64,000 bases of DNA, taken from Thecamonas trahens ATCC 50062. Lineage: Eukaryota > Protista > Apusomonadida. The stretch is taken from assembly GCF_000142905.1 (NCBI RefSeq), contig NW_013657660.1, positions 458,056 to 522,055 on the forward strand, given 5' to 3'. Position numbers and translations under genes: made by a program. Numbering within the stretch: the first letter of the stretch is position 1; every line of letters starts with the position of its first letter. Below, one piece after another: positions 1 to 10,793 of the stretch. The notes beneath the pieces are model-generated. The model was given only the letters and a program-made list of their open reading frames with translations, made no database searches and was not told the origin of the DNA.

Positions 1-86
1 CCGAGAGTAGTGATGACAAAGGCCGACAGCGAGCACCACAGCATAACCACAATTGTCAACATGCCCATCATCATCATGATTGCCAT
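1..86 (-). CDS. Possible 5' end of a gene running off the left edge (signal-peptide-like N-terminus)
   Basis: Minus-strand ATG at 86 reads MAIMMMMGMLTIVVMLWCSLSAFVITTL, hydrophobic and open to the window edge; too short to verify. Confidence 0.25.
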   Translation of the reverse strand, partial: MAIMMMMGMLTIVVMLWCSLSAFVITTL

Positions 87-102
87 CCATCACGGCAGCC
101 AT

Positions 103-158
103 CCATCATCATCATCACCGTCATAGTTGTCATAGTTGTCATAGTTGTCGTCATCATC

Positions 159-208
<50 letters not shown>

Positions 209-214
209 CATCAT
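103..214. repeat. (CAT)n/(CAC)-type trinucleotide microsatellite
   Basis: Long catcatcat run with interspersed catagttgt units. Confidence 0.9.
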
Positions 215-1157
215 GAGTACAGAGTCAGGATCCGCCACCCAAACGGATTCCTCATCCCTTCTCCCCACCAGACATGGCGACAGTGACAGCGGCAGAGGCA
301 GCGACAGCGATAATGGCAGAGACCGAGACCAAGAGACCCCCCCCTCCCCCCCCCCACACACACAGAGAGAGAGAGAGAGAGAGATAGCAGAGAGTGCGTG
401 ATGTGGTACAAAACCAACAGACTCACACACACATATAGCAACAGTAACCATACCAGCATGTACGCGTTCTACAGCTCAGCCATGACCATGACTACCACCG
501 AGTGGCGGCGAAATGAGGGAGGGCAGGATCGATCCCTTAGCGGGACAGGTTAGCCCCCTTCCCACTCTACCTACCCAGAGCCATGGAGAATGACCACATG
601 ACACTATCACACTTAAAACCATACCATGATGTAGTATACAAAGTAAACTACACCATCTGTATATATATAGTGGTCATAACCAACACAATGCACTTTCTCT
701 CATACGTACAAGTTTGGTCCGTGCTGCCGGCAGAGAGCTGTCCAAGCGTCGCACTCGCTCTCCGTCCGCATACCGGCCGGATAGCCGACTCATACGGTCA
801 TCATCCGCGTCATCGGATCATCACACCACAGTGACCACCAGGTAGTGTTTGAAGTGAGAGGGCGTGGATGTGGATGTGGAGGTGCAGGGTGCTGGCGGGA
901 GTGGGCGATGGGCTTGGTCGGGGCAAAGGACGGCTCCTGCCGATAGACAGCGCAGCGCGCTCATCCGCTTTGTCAAGCCATCGGTCCACAATGGACGTGA
1001 TGGAGCCTTTGCAGCGAAAGAAACAGACGCATAGTTGGCCGGCCATGTGTTGATGCATTGCGTGCGAGATGGAGCGGTCTGATCCTCTCCCTGCTCGGCA
1101 CCGTTCTCGGGCGCACGACGTAGACAACCAGCAACCACACACACACCCTCGCACCAA

Positions 1158-1192
1158 GCAAGCGCAAGCGCAAGCGCAAGCGCAAGCGCAAA
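1158..1192. repeat. (GCGCAA)n hexanucleotide repeat
   Basis: About 5 tandem gcgcaa units. Confidence 0.8.
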
Positions 1193-1379
1193 CGCGCGAG
1201 CGGCTACAATCCAAGCAAAGCGGCTACGCCGATGGTGACTATCACAGGCACAGCGCTAATGTTGACGATTACAACGACTGCACTGATGCTGACAATGACT
1301 CACACGGATCACCTCGCCGCAGTCCGGTCTCATCTTCCGAGTCGGACACGAGCACCACTGCACTCCTCGCAGCAGCACG

Positions 1380-2054
1380 ATGGATGGGTTCAAGGCCGCG
1401 CTCGCCTCTCGCAAGAGCCAACTGTCACAGGTCGAGACGCGAGTCCGGCGAGCTGATGGACGAGTCCAAGTCGAACGAGTGGCGGTTGACGGTGGCGCTG
1501 CGGCGGAGCAGCTCGTGTGCGATGCTGGAGAGACCATTCCCGGCTCTGGAGGCGCGTTCATGGTGGTGGATACTTCGCCCGATGAGGATCTATGTCCTGT
1601 GCTGGCGGGCGAGCTGTTTCTCGGCTCTCAGGATGCGGCGTGTAATGTCGATGGCATCGCTGCGGCGGGCGTGGCCGTCATCGTCAACCTGGCTGTCGGC
1701 GTCCCGTGCTTCTTTCGCCGCGACGAGGGCGTTGATGGTGGCAACGAGGACGAGCGGCCGGAGATCGAGTACGGCGAGTGGCCGTTGCTGGACCTACCGT
1801 CGCAGAGCATCGACGTCATTGTCGACGAGGTCATTCCGTTTATGGCCGCGGCGCTCGATGCAGGTCGGCCGGTGCTTGTCCATTGCAACGCAGGCGTGTC
1901 GCGGTCGGCAACGGCAGTCCTCGCCTACCTCATTGTCGAGCGCGGCATGAGCTACGACGAGGCGATGGCGATGGTCCGGGCAGCGCGGCCGGCGAGTAAG
2001 CCTAATGCCGGGTTTGACGCTGCACTCCGGGCGCTCGATCGTGAGCGCAGGTAG
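1380..2054 (+). CDS. DUSP19: Atypical dual-specificity protein phosphatase, DUSP19-like
   Basis: Catalytic motif VLVHCNAGVSRS, LFLGSQDAA, general-acid LLDLP and RPxxxPNxGF; the N-terminal segment also resembles DUSP19. Confidence 0.85.
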   Translation: MDGFKAALASRKSQLSQVETRVRRADGRVQVERVAVDGGAAAEQLVCDAGETIPGSGGAFMVVDTSPDEDLCPVLAGELFLGSQDAACNVDGIAAAGVAVIVNLAVGVPCFFRRDEGVDGGNEDERPEIEYGEWPLLDLPSQSIDVIVDEVIPFMAAALDAGRPVLVHCNAGVSRSATAVLAYLIVERGMSYDEAMAMVRAARPASKPNAGFDAALRALDRERR

Positions 2055-2093
2055 CGGGAGGAAGGGAGAGGGATGGGCAGGCGGCTTGTGCGT

Positions 2094-4191
2094 TCACTTG
2101 GACAAGCGCTTGGAGATGTGCTTGGCGCCCGGGTTGGAGGCGGCGGCGATGGCGTCGGCGTGCGGGGCGAGGTGGTCGGCGATGACGGAGCCGGTCAGGT
2201 CCGACTCGAGGAGCGAGAGGAGGACAAAGTCGGAGCCACGCGAGGTGGCCAACGAGCCCCAGAGGGCACCGTCGTTGCCGGCGGCGTCGGTGAGACGGGC
2301 GACGAGAGCAGCGGCAAAGTTAAAGCCAAACTCGGAGGCGGTGTCGGCCTCTGAGGCGCGGACCATGGCCTTGAGGGCGCGCGAGGCGGCAAAGTCAAAG
2401 ATGTAGCCGGCCGGCTCGCCGTCGTCGCCGTCGGTGAGGACACCGGCGAGGATAGCGTCAACAAGGGCGGCGCGGGCGTCGGCCTGCGAGGCGAGCGACT
2501 CGATGGGGGCGGTGACGAGCTCGGCGATGAGGGCGGCCGACGAGGTCTCGCTCAGCGCGGCGTCGACAGACTCGGTGGCTGCGGCAAACAGCGGGGCGGC
2601 AAACTTCTGCAGCAGCTGGGCCTGGATGAGCTCGGGCGACTTCTTGGAGTAGTGCTTGGGCTCCGAGGCGCCGGCTTCGTCGCCAGAGCGGTTGCCCCTG
2701 GTCAGGCTGAGGATGTACATCTGCCACGGCGCGAGATGCTGCGGCTTGCAAAGGGCGAGGATGTTGGTAAAGACGCGCGAGGCAAACGGGTCGCAGACGA
2801 GCTCGGCAAGGCTCGGCGGGGTCTCGCCGCCGGGCGCGGCGGGGGCCTCGACAAGCTCCTTGAGCAGGGTCTTGTAGGTGAGGACGGTATCGTCGATGAC
2901 GGTGAGGGCGCGGATGAGGACGAGGTGGCCGTACTCCTCCATGGCGATGCGGGCGACAAAACCCTTGAACGAGCGCACAATGGCCTTGCGGTCCTTGGTC
3001 GTTCCATGCGAGATGGCGAGGATGGCGGCCCGGGCGCCCGGAGCAGTGTGCATGACCTCGACGAGCGAGTCGCGGACCGACTCGATCATGGCTGCCCGCT
3101 GGGTCTCGGTGGCGTTGAGCAGGTACTGCTCGAGGGCCACGTGTGCGAGCGTCGAGTTGAGCGTGCCCTTGTGGACAACGACGTTGATGGTCTTGGCGAG
3201 GTACTCCATGACCGGGCCGGCCTTGGCCGGGTACTTAGCCAACAGGCGGGCCAGCTGCGAGTGGAAGAGCGGCAGGTTCGGCTGGGCCTTGGCGGCCTTG
3301 GCAGCGTCGTCCTCAACCTCGACCGCGCTCGACGACTCGCCGGGGAAGATGAGCTCAAACTTGGGCGCGTACAGCTCGGACATCATGTCGGCCTGCTGGT
3401 GCGAGTTGGCGTAGAGGCAGTAGATGCGATCGAGGACAATCGAGGCCGTCCGGTGGGTGAGGAGCTTGCGGACCGAGCCCCTGATCTCCTCCAGCAGCTG
3501 CTTCAGCTGCGGCTTGCGGAGGTAGCCAAGGCAGGCGCGGACCACAAAGTGGCCGTACGGCGAGCACATGAGCTCGGCAAGTTGACCCTGGAGCTCGCCA
3601 AAGATCTCGAGCCGCTGCGGCTCAGATCCGGCCTTGAGTGCCCACTGAACGACGCGTGAGCCATCATGCTTTGCAGCAAACGACATGACCTGACCACGGA
3701 GCAGAGTCATCAGCTCTTCCACAAGCTTGAAGCGCTTCTCCCCCGAAATCGCCGTCGCCCCAGGACGAACCCGCTCCCAGATAGCCTTTGCCCTGGCCAC
3801 GGCATCACCGTGGGCGCGAGCATTCTTGCGGTTCTTCTTGAGCTCCTTCTGTTCGAGACGCTTCTGTTTCTTGCCTACAAACCCAACCACGATATAGAAC
3901 CACCACCATAGTATCATCATATAGCATAAACTGTGAGTAATATCATCCCTACCTTGCCTATCCCCCCCGCTAAGCTCACCACCAGCTCTTCGTCCTGGGA
4001 TGATTAGATGCGACACGGATCCTGGCAGACACCGAGTGGGGGTGCAGGCAAGGGGCATGGGAGCCGGTATGAAGAAAGAAATGCGCAAAGTTTGTTGGTA
4101 AGGAAAGTCTGTACGTACGCTCCTCCACAGTCTCCTCTTCAACTTCACGCTTGCGCTTAATAACAGTCCCTGCGGCCTTCTTGAACACCAT
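2094..4191 (-). CDS. PUM3: Pumilio-homology nucleolar protein PUM3/Puf6; exons 4191-4119 and 3874-2094
   Basis: AKHDGSRVVQWALK, YGHFVV, KDRKAIVRSFK and YSKKSPEL are typical of Puf6/PUM3. A phase-1 intron 4118-3875 (GTACGT...GTAG) joins MVFKK...TVEE-R-KKQKRLEQKELKKNRK in frame. Confidence 0.9.
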
Positions 4192-5138
4192 GGCCAAATG
4201 TGGTGTGAGTGAGAGAGAGGATGGTTGCTCCGTCGCTCCTCGCCACCAATCGATGGCATCGTCCCATCTCGCCAACGCTCCCCCCCCCCACCCGGCTCTG
4301 TTTGCAAATTTATCGTTGCTCCATTGATTATTTTCTCGATCGTGGTTGCGCTCACTCGATCGGGTAGAGAGGATACGGGGCTGGGCGAGCTGATGGAAGG
4401 TGTTGGTAGAGGGCAAGTGTGTGTGTTTGTGTGTGTGTGTGTGTGTGTGTCTTTGCGGCGGGAGGATCAGACTGATGAGGTTGGTAGTGGTTGATGAGGA
4501 GTCAGGAAGAGGGCAGGGTGAGCGGATCGGGATGGTATTGAGGGATCAATGTGTTGGGGGCGGGGTGGGGCGGGGGGGTGGGTGGGTTGGCGGGGTTGCC
4601 TGTGTGTGGAGGGTTGTGGGAGTTGTTGGGCTGTGCAAGCTCCCTACACCCATCCATCACAACCTCAATAGTCTTTCAACAGGCACCCAAACTAGTCATC
4701 TAATGCTGATCGCATGAGGAACCCTCCATTCCTTCCCTCTCACTGTACTTGGAATCAAGCCGCATCACGCTGCCTCCGATCAAGCTCGGTAGCTTGGCCG
4801 GTATCGGCACAGGGAAGACAGGCAAGCGTGGCGGTGGGGGGGGGGGGTGGGGGGTGAGCCTCAATCAACAAAAAAATAGTCACTAGCCACGTCATATTCA
4901 GCAAATGACGATGGTTGTCATTGGCATTGAAGCAAAATATGCGGAAGCGGAAGCGGGAGCAAGTGGCGGCGGCGTCAGCGGTGTGCTTGCAGCACTCGAC
5001 TCGACTCAAACTGCGTGGAGGAGGAAGAGAGCGAGGGAGAGGGAGGTAGAGGAGGGATTGAGAGAGAGAAAGAGAGAGAGATAGGGATACAGAGGGGATT
5101 TAAGGAGATAGAGTTGTATTGGGGAGAAGGACAACATC

Positions 5139-6457
5139 ATGCCTAGCCCGCGTACGTGCGACTGTGCGCTGTGTGGACTGTCCTTTACGCGAGAGTCCAA
5201 CTTGCTCCGCCACATGGCCACCGTTCATGGTGATGGCGTTGGCCATGTTTGCTCAGAGTGTGGCAAGCGATTTTCAAGAAGGGATACTCTTGAACGTCAC
5301 AAGGTCTCGGTTCATGGTCATGCATCGGGTTCATCCTCTCGTCCTCAGTGTCCTGTCTGCTTCAAGTATTACTCGAGAGTCTCTTCGCTCAAGCGTCACA
5401 TCGCCTCGTTTCATCCCGAGTACAAGGCCGGTGCTGCCGCGGCGCTCAGGACCAAACCATCGGCTTCATCTGCTACCACTTCTACTTCTCGTTCGACTCC
5501 ATCATCGACCTCGGCTCGCTCGCAGCCCTCGGCCCAACCGTCTACACCTCCTACATTAGCATCTCCTCATCCGCTGCCTACCTCTGCTCCGCCGCCGTCA
5601 TCAACTCCGTACGCCTCGTCGTCGGCCGCTGCGCCTCCTCCGTCACACATCCTGCCGCAACTTCCGGCAGCTGCTGCGGTTGAGGGTCCACCGGCTCTTC
5701 TGGCCATGCTCCCGGTTCCATCGGCCGTCTCGGCGGCGGCAACGTCATCGCCATCGGACGCTGCATCGACGCTGTCACAGCTCGCGAGCCATCCGCATGG
5801 GCTCGGCTGTAGCCACGACCACGGCCACGCCCACGGCCATATCCACGACCACGGCTATGCCCATGGCTGTGCCCACGGCCATGCCCACGGCCATGCCCAC
5901 GGCCATGCCCACGGTCATTCCCACGACCATGCCCACGGCCATGCCCACGGCCATGCCCACGGCCATGGCACGGCGACCATGTGGATGCCCTGGTCGACGG
6001 CAGGCTGGTTCATCTCTGCCGCGGGACCGACGAGGCTGCCAATGGCGCGAGCAGGTGTAGTCAGGCCGACGAGTCGGCGGCCAAGACGGCGGATGCCGGT
6101 GCAAGTGGAGAGAACGTCGATAGCTCACTCTGGCGGCTTGATCCCGGCTACCACGCCCACATCCACGAGCTCTTTCCGCTCCCTCTCGACTCTGGGAGCG
6201 AGGTGACGACGGCCAACCTGGAGCTGCCGTCGGACCACATCCACGGGCCCAACTGCGGCCACGCCCGCATTCTCCACGACGATCACTTTGACTACCTCGT
6301 CGACTCGTGGCTCCACCACGTTGAGACTGGCGTCGACGAGTTCCACGGGCGTGTTCCGGATCTAACTCCGCTCCCGCTTCCGCCCGTCTGCTCCACCGCT
6401 CCGCCGCCGAGCCCGAACATTCCGCCTCTCCCGCCGCCGCCGACGTCGCGACGGTGA
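5139..6457 (+). CDS. C2H2 zinc-finger protein (3 fingers) with His-rich C-terminal domain; -1 frame break near 5965-5969
   Basis: Three CxxC...HxxxxH fingers at the N-terminus, then (HGHA)n repeats. The -1 frame continues HGDHVDALVDGRLVH and HIHGPNCGHARILHDDHFDYLVDSWLHH to the stop at 6457. Confidence 0.75.
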
Positions 6458-6532
6458 GCTAGGCTCGCCTGCACTGCGGTGTACGTGTACAGGTTAAATT
6501 GTGTCTTTTCTGCTTTGTCCAGGACTCTCGCG

Positions 6533-9500
6533 CTACGCTTCCTGGGCCATGATGCCAGCGATAAAGTCCTTGGCGGTCTCCTGGTCGACCTGCTGGATGG
6601 TGGAGACCTTTGCGGTCTTCGAGTAGACGACCTGGTAGAACTGGTGGGCGACGTCGAGCATTTCCGGGCGGAAGGTGGTGGTGATGAACTGCGCCGAGTG
6701 CGAGGCGGCCTGCTTGGAGATGAGGGTGGCGACGGCAGTCCGATGGGCGGCGTCGAGCGCCGAGTCGATCTCGTCAAAGAGATAGAACGGCGCGGGATCG
6801 GTCCGCTGAATGGCAAAGATGAGGGCGAGGGCGACGACCGACTTTTGCCCGCCGGAGAGCTGCGAGATGGAAAAGGTCTCGCCAGCGCCGGTGAACGAGA
6901 CCTTCATGGCCACGCCGACGTACTTGCGGATGCGCTCGGGGCCCTCACCAGCGGCCTTGCCCTTGGCCGCCGACGCCTTGCTCGACCGCGAGGTCGGGCG
7001 GTTCTCGTCCATGGGCGCGAGGCCCGAGTCGTCGTCGCTGTCCGAGGCGACGTCGTCGGCGCCGTCGTCGGTGAGCATGACCAGCGAGGCCTTGCCCGAC
7101 GGAACGAGCTCGCGGAAGACCTGCGCAAAGTGCATGGCCACGCCCTTGAACGTCCGCTGGATGGCCTCGTCCTTGCGCTCGTCGAGGCTATCGATGAGCT
7201 CGCGGATCGAGGCTGCGCCCTCGTCGAGGACCGCCTTGCGCTCGCGGAGCGACTTGCGCTGCTCGTTGAACGAGATGTACTGGTCGAGCGCCTTCTTGTT
7301 CACGTGGTTGTACTTGGTCAGCTTGCGGTTGACGCCGTGCAGCTTGCGGAGCAGCGTCTTGGCGTTGACGTTTTCGTACTTGTCAAAGGCCTCGCCGGGC
7401 AGCGAGCCGAGCTCGCGGATCTTGCGCGTTGCTTCCTCGCGCGAGGCCAGCAGGACCGACCGCTTTTGCAGGATGCGCTCCATGGCCTGGGCCTGCTCAT
7501 CGACCGTAGTCCGGTGGATCCGGTCGGCGGCGCGGAGCTTCTCGACCTGCGTCCGCAGCTCGGCCTCGCTCTTGGCGGCGGCGTCGCGGGCGGTGGCAAG
7601 CTCGGCGGCGCGGGCCTCGGCCGTCTCGGCCGCCTTGGTCGCCGCCGCAAGCTCCGCTTCCAGCGACGCCGCGTCTTCCTCCTGCGCCTCCAGCCGAACG
7701 CCGTCGAGCTCCTGCTCGAGCTCGGTTGCCCGCTTCCGCAGGTGGTTCGCCAGCGTCGACGACAGCTCGGCCTTCTCCAGCTCGAGCTGGGCACGGGTCG
7801 ATGACGCCGCGAGCAACTGCGCTTGCAGGTCCGCCAGCCGCGACTCGGCGGCGTCAAGCGCAGCCTTGTCGTCGGCCGTGAGCGCCGAGACAAGCGGCGT
7901 GCCGAGCTCGGCGCGGAGCGCAGCGGTCTCCTCGTCGAGCCGGGCGAGCTCGGCCTGGACCGATGCCAGCGAGTCGACAACCGCCGACGCCGACGTGACC
8001 GACGCCGTCGACTGGGCCACCACCGACGCCAGCTCGTCCTGGGCCCGGCGGTGTGCGTCGAGCGCGTCGGCACGGCTGGCCTGCACCTGCTGCGCCTGAG
8101 AGAGAAGGCTGGTGACCTTGGCGTCGAGCTCGACAGCCGCTGCCTTGGCCTCGGCCGCAGACGCCTTGAGCGCCGACGACTCGGCGCGGGCGGCACGGAC
8201 CTGGGCCATCGCCACCAGACGGCTCCGCTTCTTGTCGGTGTATCCGCCCGAGAGCGCACCCTTGCGCGAGACCTTGTCACCGTCAAGCGTGACGCAGTCG
8301 ACCGAGGCCGACGCCGCAAAGTGGGCAGCAATGTCGAGCGAGCGGCAGACGAGCGCCCGGCCAAACACGTTGCGCATGGCAGGCTCAAACACATTCTCAA
8401 ACGAGAGCTGGTCGAGGAGCGGAAGCGCATCGTCCGAGACCGGCAGCGGCGGAATGTTGTTGACAAGCCGCGAGAGCGGCATGAACGTGACCCGGCCCGA
8501 CTTTTCGCGGTTCATGACGTGGAGGACCTGGGCGGCAACCTCGTCGTCGTCGACAACCACGTTGAAGAGCGACGAGCCGCCGATGGCCTCGACGGCAGCC
8601 ATAAACTCGTCCGAGCAAGCAAAGAGCTCAATGAGCGGGCCGTGGACACCGGCGATGCCGTGCTGCGCCGCAATGCGCGAGACAGACTGGACGCCATTCC
8701 ATGCCGCGCCCGACATCGACGATCGCAGCAGCCGCTCAGCCGACGCCGCCTTGGCCGCCGCAGCCTCCAGCTCCTTACCCATCCGGGCCTCGACCCGCCA
8801 CGCCTCCTTCCGCGCGTTGGTCGCCTCGTCGCGCTCGGCCTTGATCCGCGCCAGCTCGGCGTTGAACGACTCCATCTTGCCCGCCGTCTCGGCAATGACC
8901 GCCTTGAGCGCAGTCCGGCGCGTGGCCACGTCATCCGCCGCCGTGCTCTGGGCGGCAACCTCGGCCTCGAGGCTTGCCACCTGGTCGCGCTTCGACGCGA
9001 CGAGTGCGTCCATGGTCTCGAGCTCGGCCTGGATCCATGCGTCGCGCTCCGCCGGCGACGAAAACTGCCGCGAGCGACCCGACTTGGCGTAGAGCGCGTC
9101 GACAGCAACCTTGACCGACGCCTCCTGGGCCGCCAGCGCCGCCTCCTCGGCCTTGACGGCCTCAAACTCGGGTTCGACTACCGCAAGCCGGGCCTCGGCA
9201 GCCTGAATGCTGCGGGTGAGCTCGTCGAGCTCTGTGCGCATAGCGGCAAAACGCTGGGCCTTGGTCGAGCCCGAGCGCAGAGCGTCGGCGACCCGGAGCT
9301 CGAGGCGAGCCTTGTTTTCCAGCGCATCGGTCCGCTCGTCGCTGGCGGCCTTGAGCTTAGCCTTGAGCTCCTCGAGCTTGCCCCCCAGCGCCGCGAGCTC
9401 GGCCTCGCGCGCCGCCAGCAGCTCGCTGTCGTCGGCTGACGCCCGGTGGTTGGTCTCGGCGAGCTCGACTTGCTCCTGGCGGGTGAGCTCGAGCGCCTCG

Positions 9501-10630
9501 AGCTCGGCAACTGCAGCCTTGAGGTCGCCATTGTAGATGGCGTACTCGAGGCAGCGGCGGTCTTTGTCGAGCTCCTGGTACTCGGCGAGCTCTTTCTTCT
9601 CGGCTTCGAGCTCGGCGAGGCGCTCCTCGATGTACTTGAGTACGTCGGCAATCTTGGTGCGGCGCTCGTCAGTGTCCTCCATGATCTCGATCGACTGCGC
9701 CCGCGACTCGTCGTACACCCGTGTTCCGGCCACCTCCTTGAGGAGGTCCAGCCGCGCGTTGTCCTTCATCATCGAGAGGGCGGCAATGCGTCCCTGGCGG
9801 ACAATGTAGTACGGGTTCGACCGCGAGAAGCCGGCAGACTCGAGCATCGAGTTGATCTCGGCCCGCGACGTGTTCTTCTTGTCCACAAAGTACTCGTCCT
9901 TCTTCTGCCCAATCGTCCGCCGAATGACCACTTCGTCGCGATCCACAGGGAACCGCTCGTCCGAGTTGTCAAACGTCAACTCCACAAAGGCCGACATGAC
10001 CGCAAGACCGGCACCCTCATGAAGCATAGCCACCCGCTGCTCCTGCGAGAGGCTCTGGTACTCGTCAGAGAGCACAAACTCGATGGCAAAGAAGAAGTTC
10101 GACTTGCCAGACCCATTCTCTCCCACTGTTCACACCCAGCGTCCGCCCGCCCATCTCCTGTGAGTCGTTCTGTTGATGACCGAGTGTGTCCTTGGGCGTC
10201 CTCGCTCGCTCAAGATCAACCAGCGTTGGGGGGGGGGGGGGGGTGGCGAACAGCCTCTGTGGCTGCGTATGGGAGAGCTACGCGGAGGGAGAACAAGCGT
10301 ACGGCGTGTTGCCTCTAGTGTACATGTGATGTGCGCTTGTGGGGCGTGGGGGAGTATGCGTGCGTGTGTGGGGGGGTGGACGGTTGTGGGGAGGGAGGGA
10401 GGGGGAGGTGGGGGAGGTGAAAAGGGTCGTGATTCCGTTTTTCCGGTTCTACGACCTTTTTCCGACCCCCCCTACCATAGGCATAGAAAACATAATGCAT
10501 ATATAACACGGAGAAGGGCAGAGTCATGCCCCAACGTACCAACAACGTTGTGCTGTGACGAGAATGGCGCTACGCGTGTTAGGTCCTTGTAGGACTTGAA
10601 GCCCTGGAGCGTGATCGCCTTGATGTGCAT
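6533..10630 (-). CDS. SMC3: Cohesin subunit SMC3; exons 10630-10540 and 10125-6533
   Basis: MHIKAITLQGFKSY...HNVV|VGENGSGKSNF (Walker A), IGQKKDEY (Eco1 acetyl-lysine pair), hinge GRVTFMPL, signature LSGGQKS, Walker B FDEIDSALD. Intron 10539-10126 GTACGT...CAG, phase 1. Confidence 0.97.
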
Positions 10631-10793
10631 CGTCCAGCAGCCAGAGGATTCTACCAATCGAGACGAGCGTTAACTGTTGAGTGACGAGTGGCGGGCGGCG
10701 GGCGGCGGATGCCTGGCAACGGGGGGGAGGGCGGCGAGGCGGATGGTGTCAGATGATCGAGAACTGTAGTGACTACTGCGGTTACAGCTGCGG

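Noticed and set aside
74-459. Poly-His and poly-Met ORFs
   Set aside because: Translations of a (CAT)n microsatellite and GA/CA repeats
3875-4355. N-terminal ~160 aa of the 753-aa ORF as part of PUM3
   Set aside because: Read-through of intron and upstream sequence; the spliced model from ATG 4191 fits better
6479-10318. Long antisense and alternative-frame ORFs over SMC3 (likewise over PUM3, NHE, Kelch, Furry-like, WDR34, CUL2)
   Set aside because: Expected shadows of high-GC3 codon bias; low-complexity Ser/Ala/Arg products with no motifs
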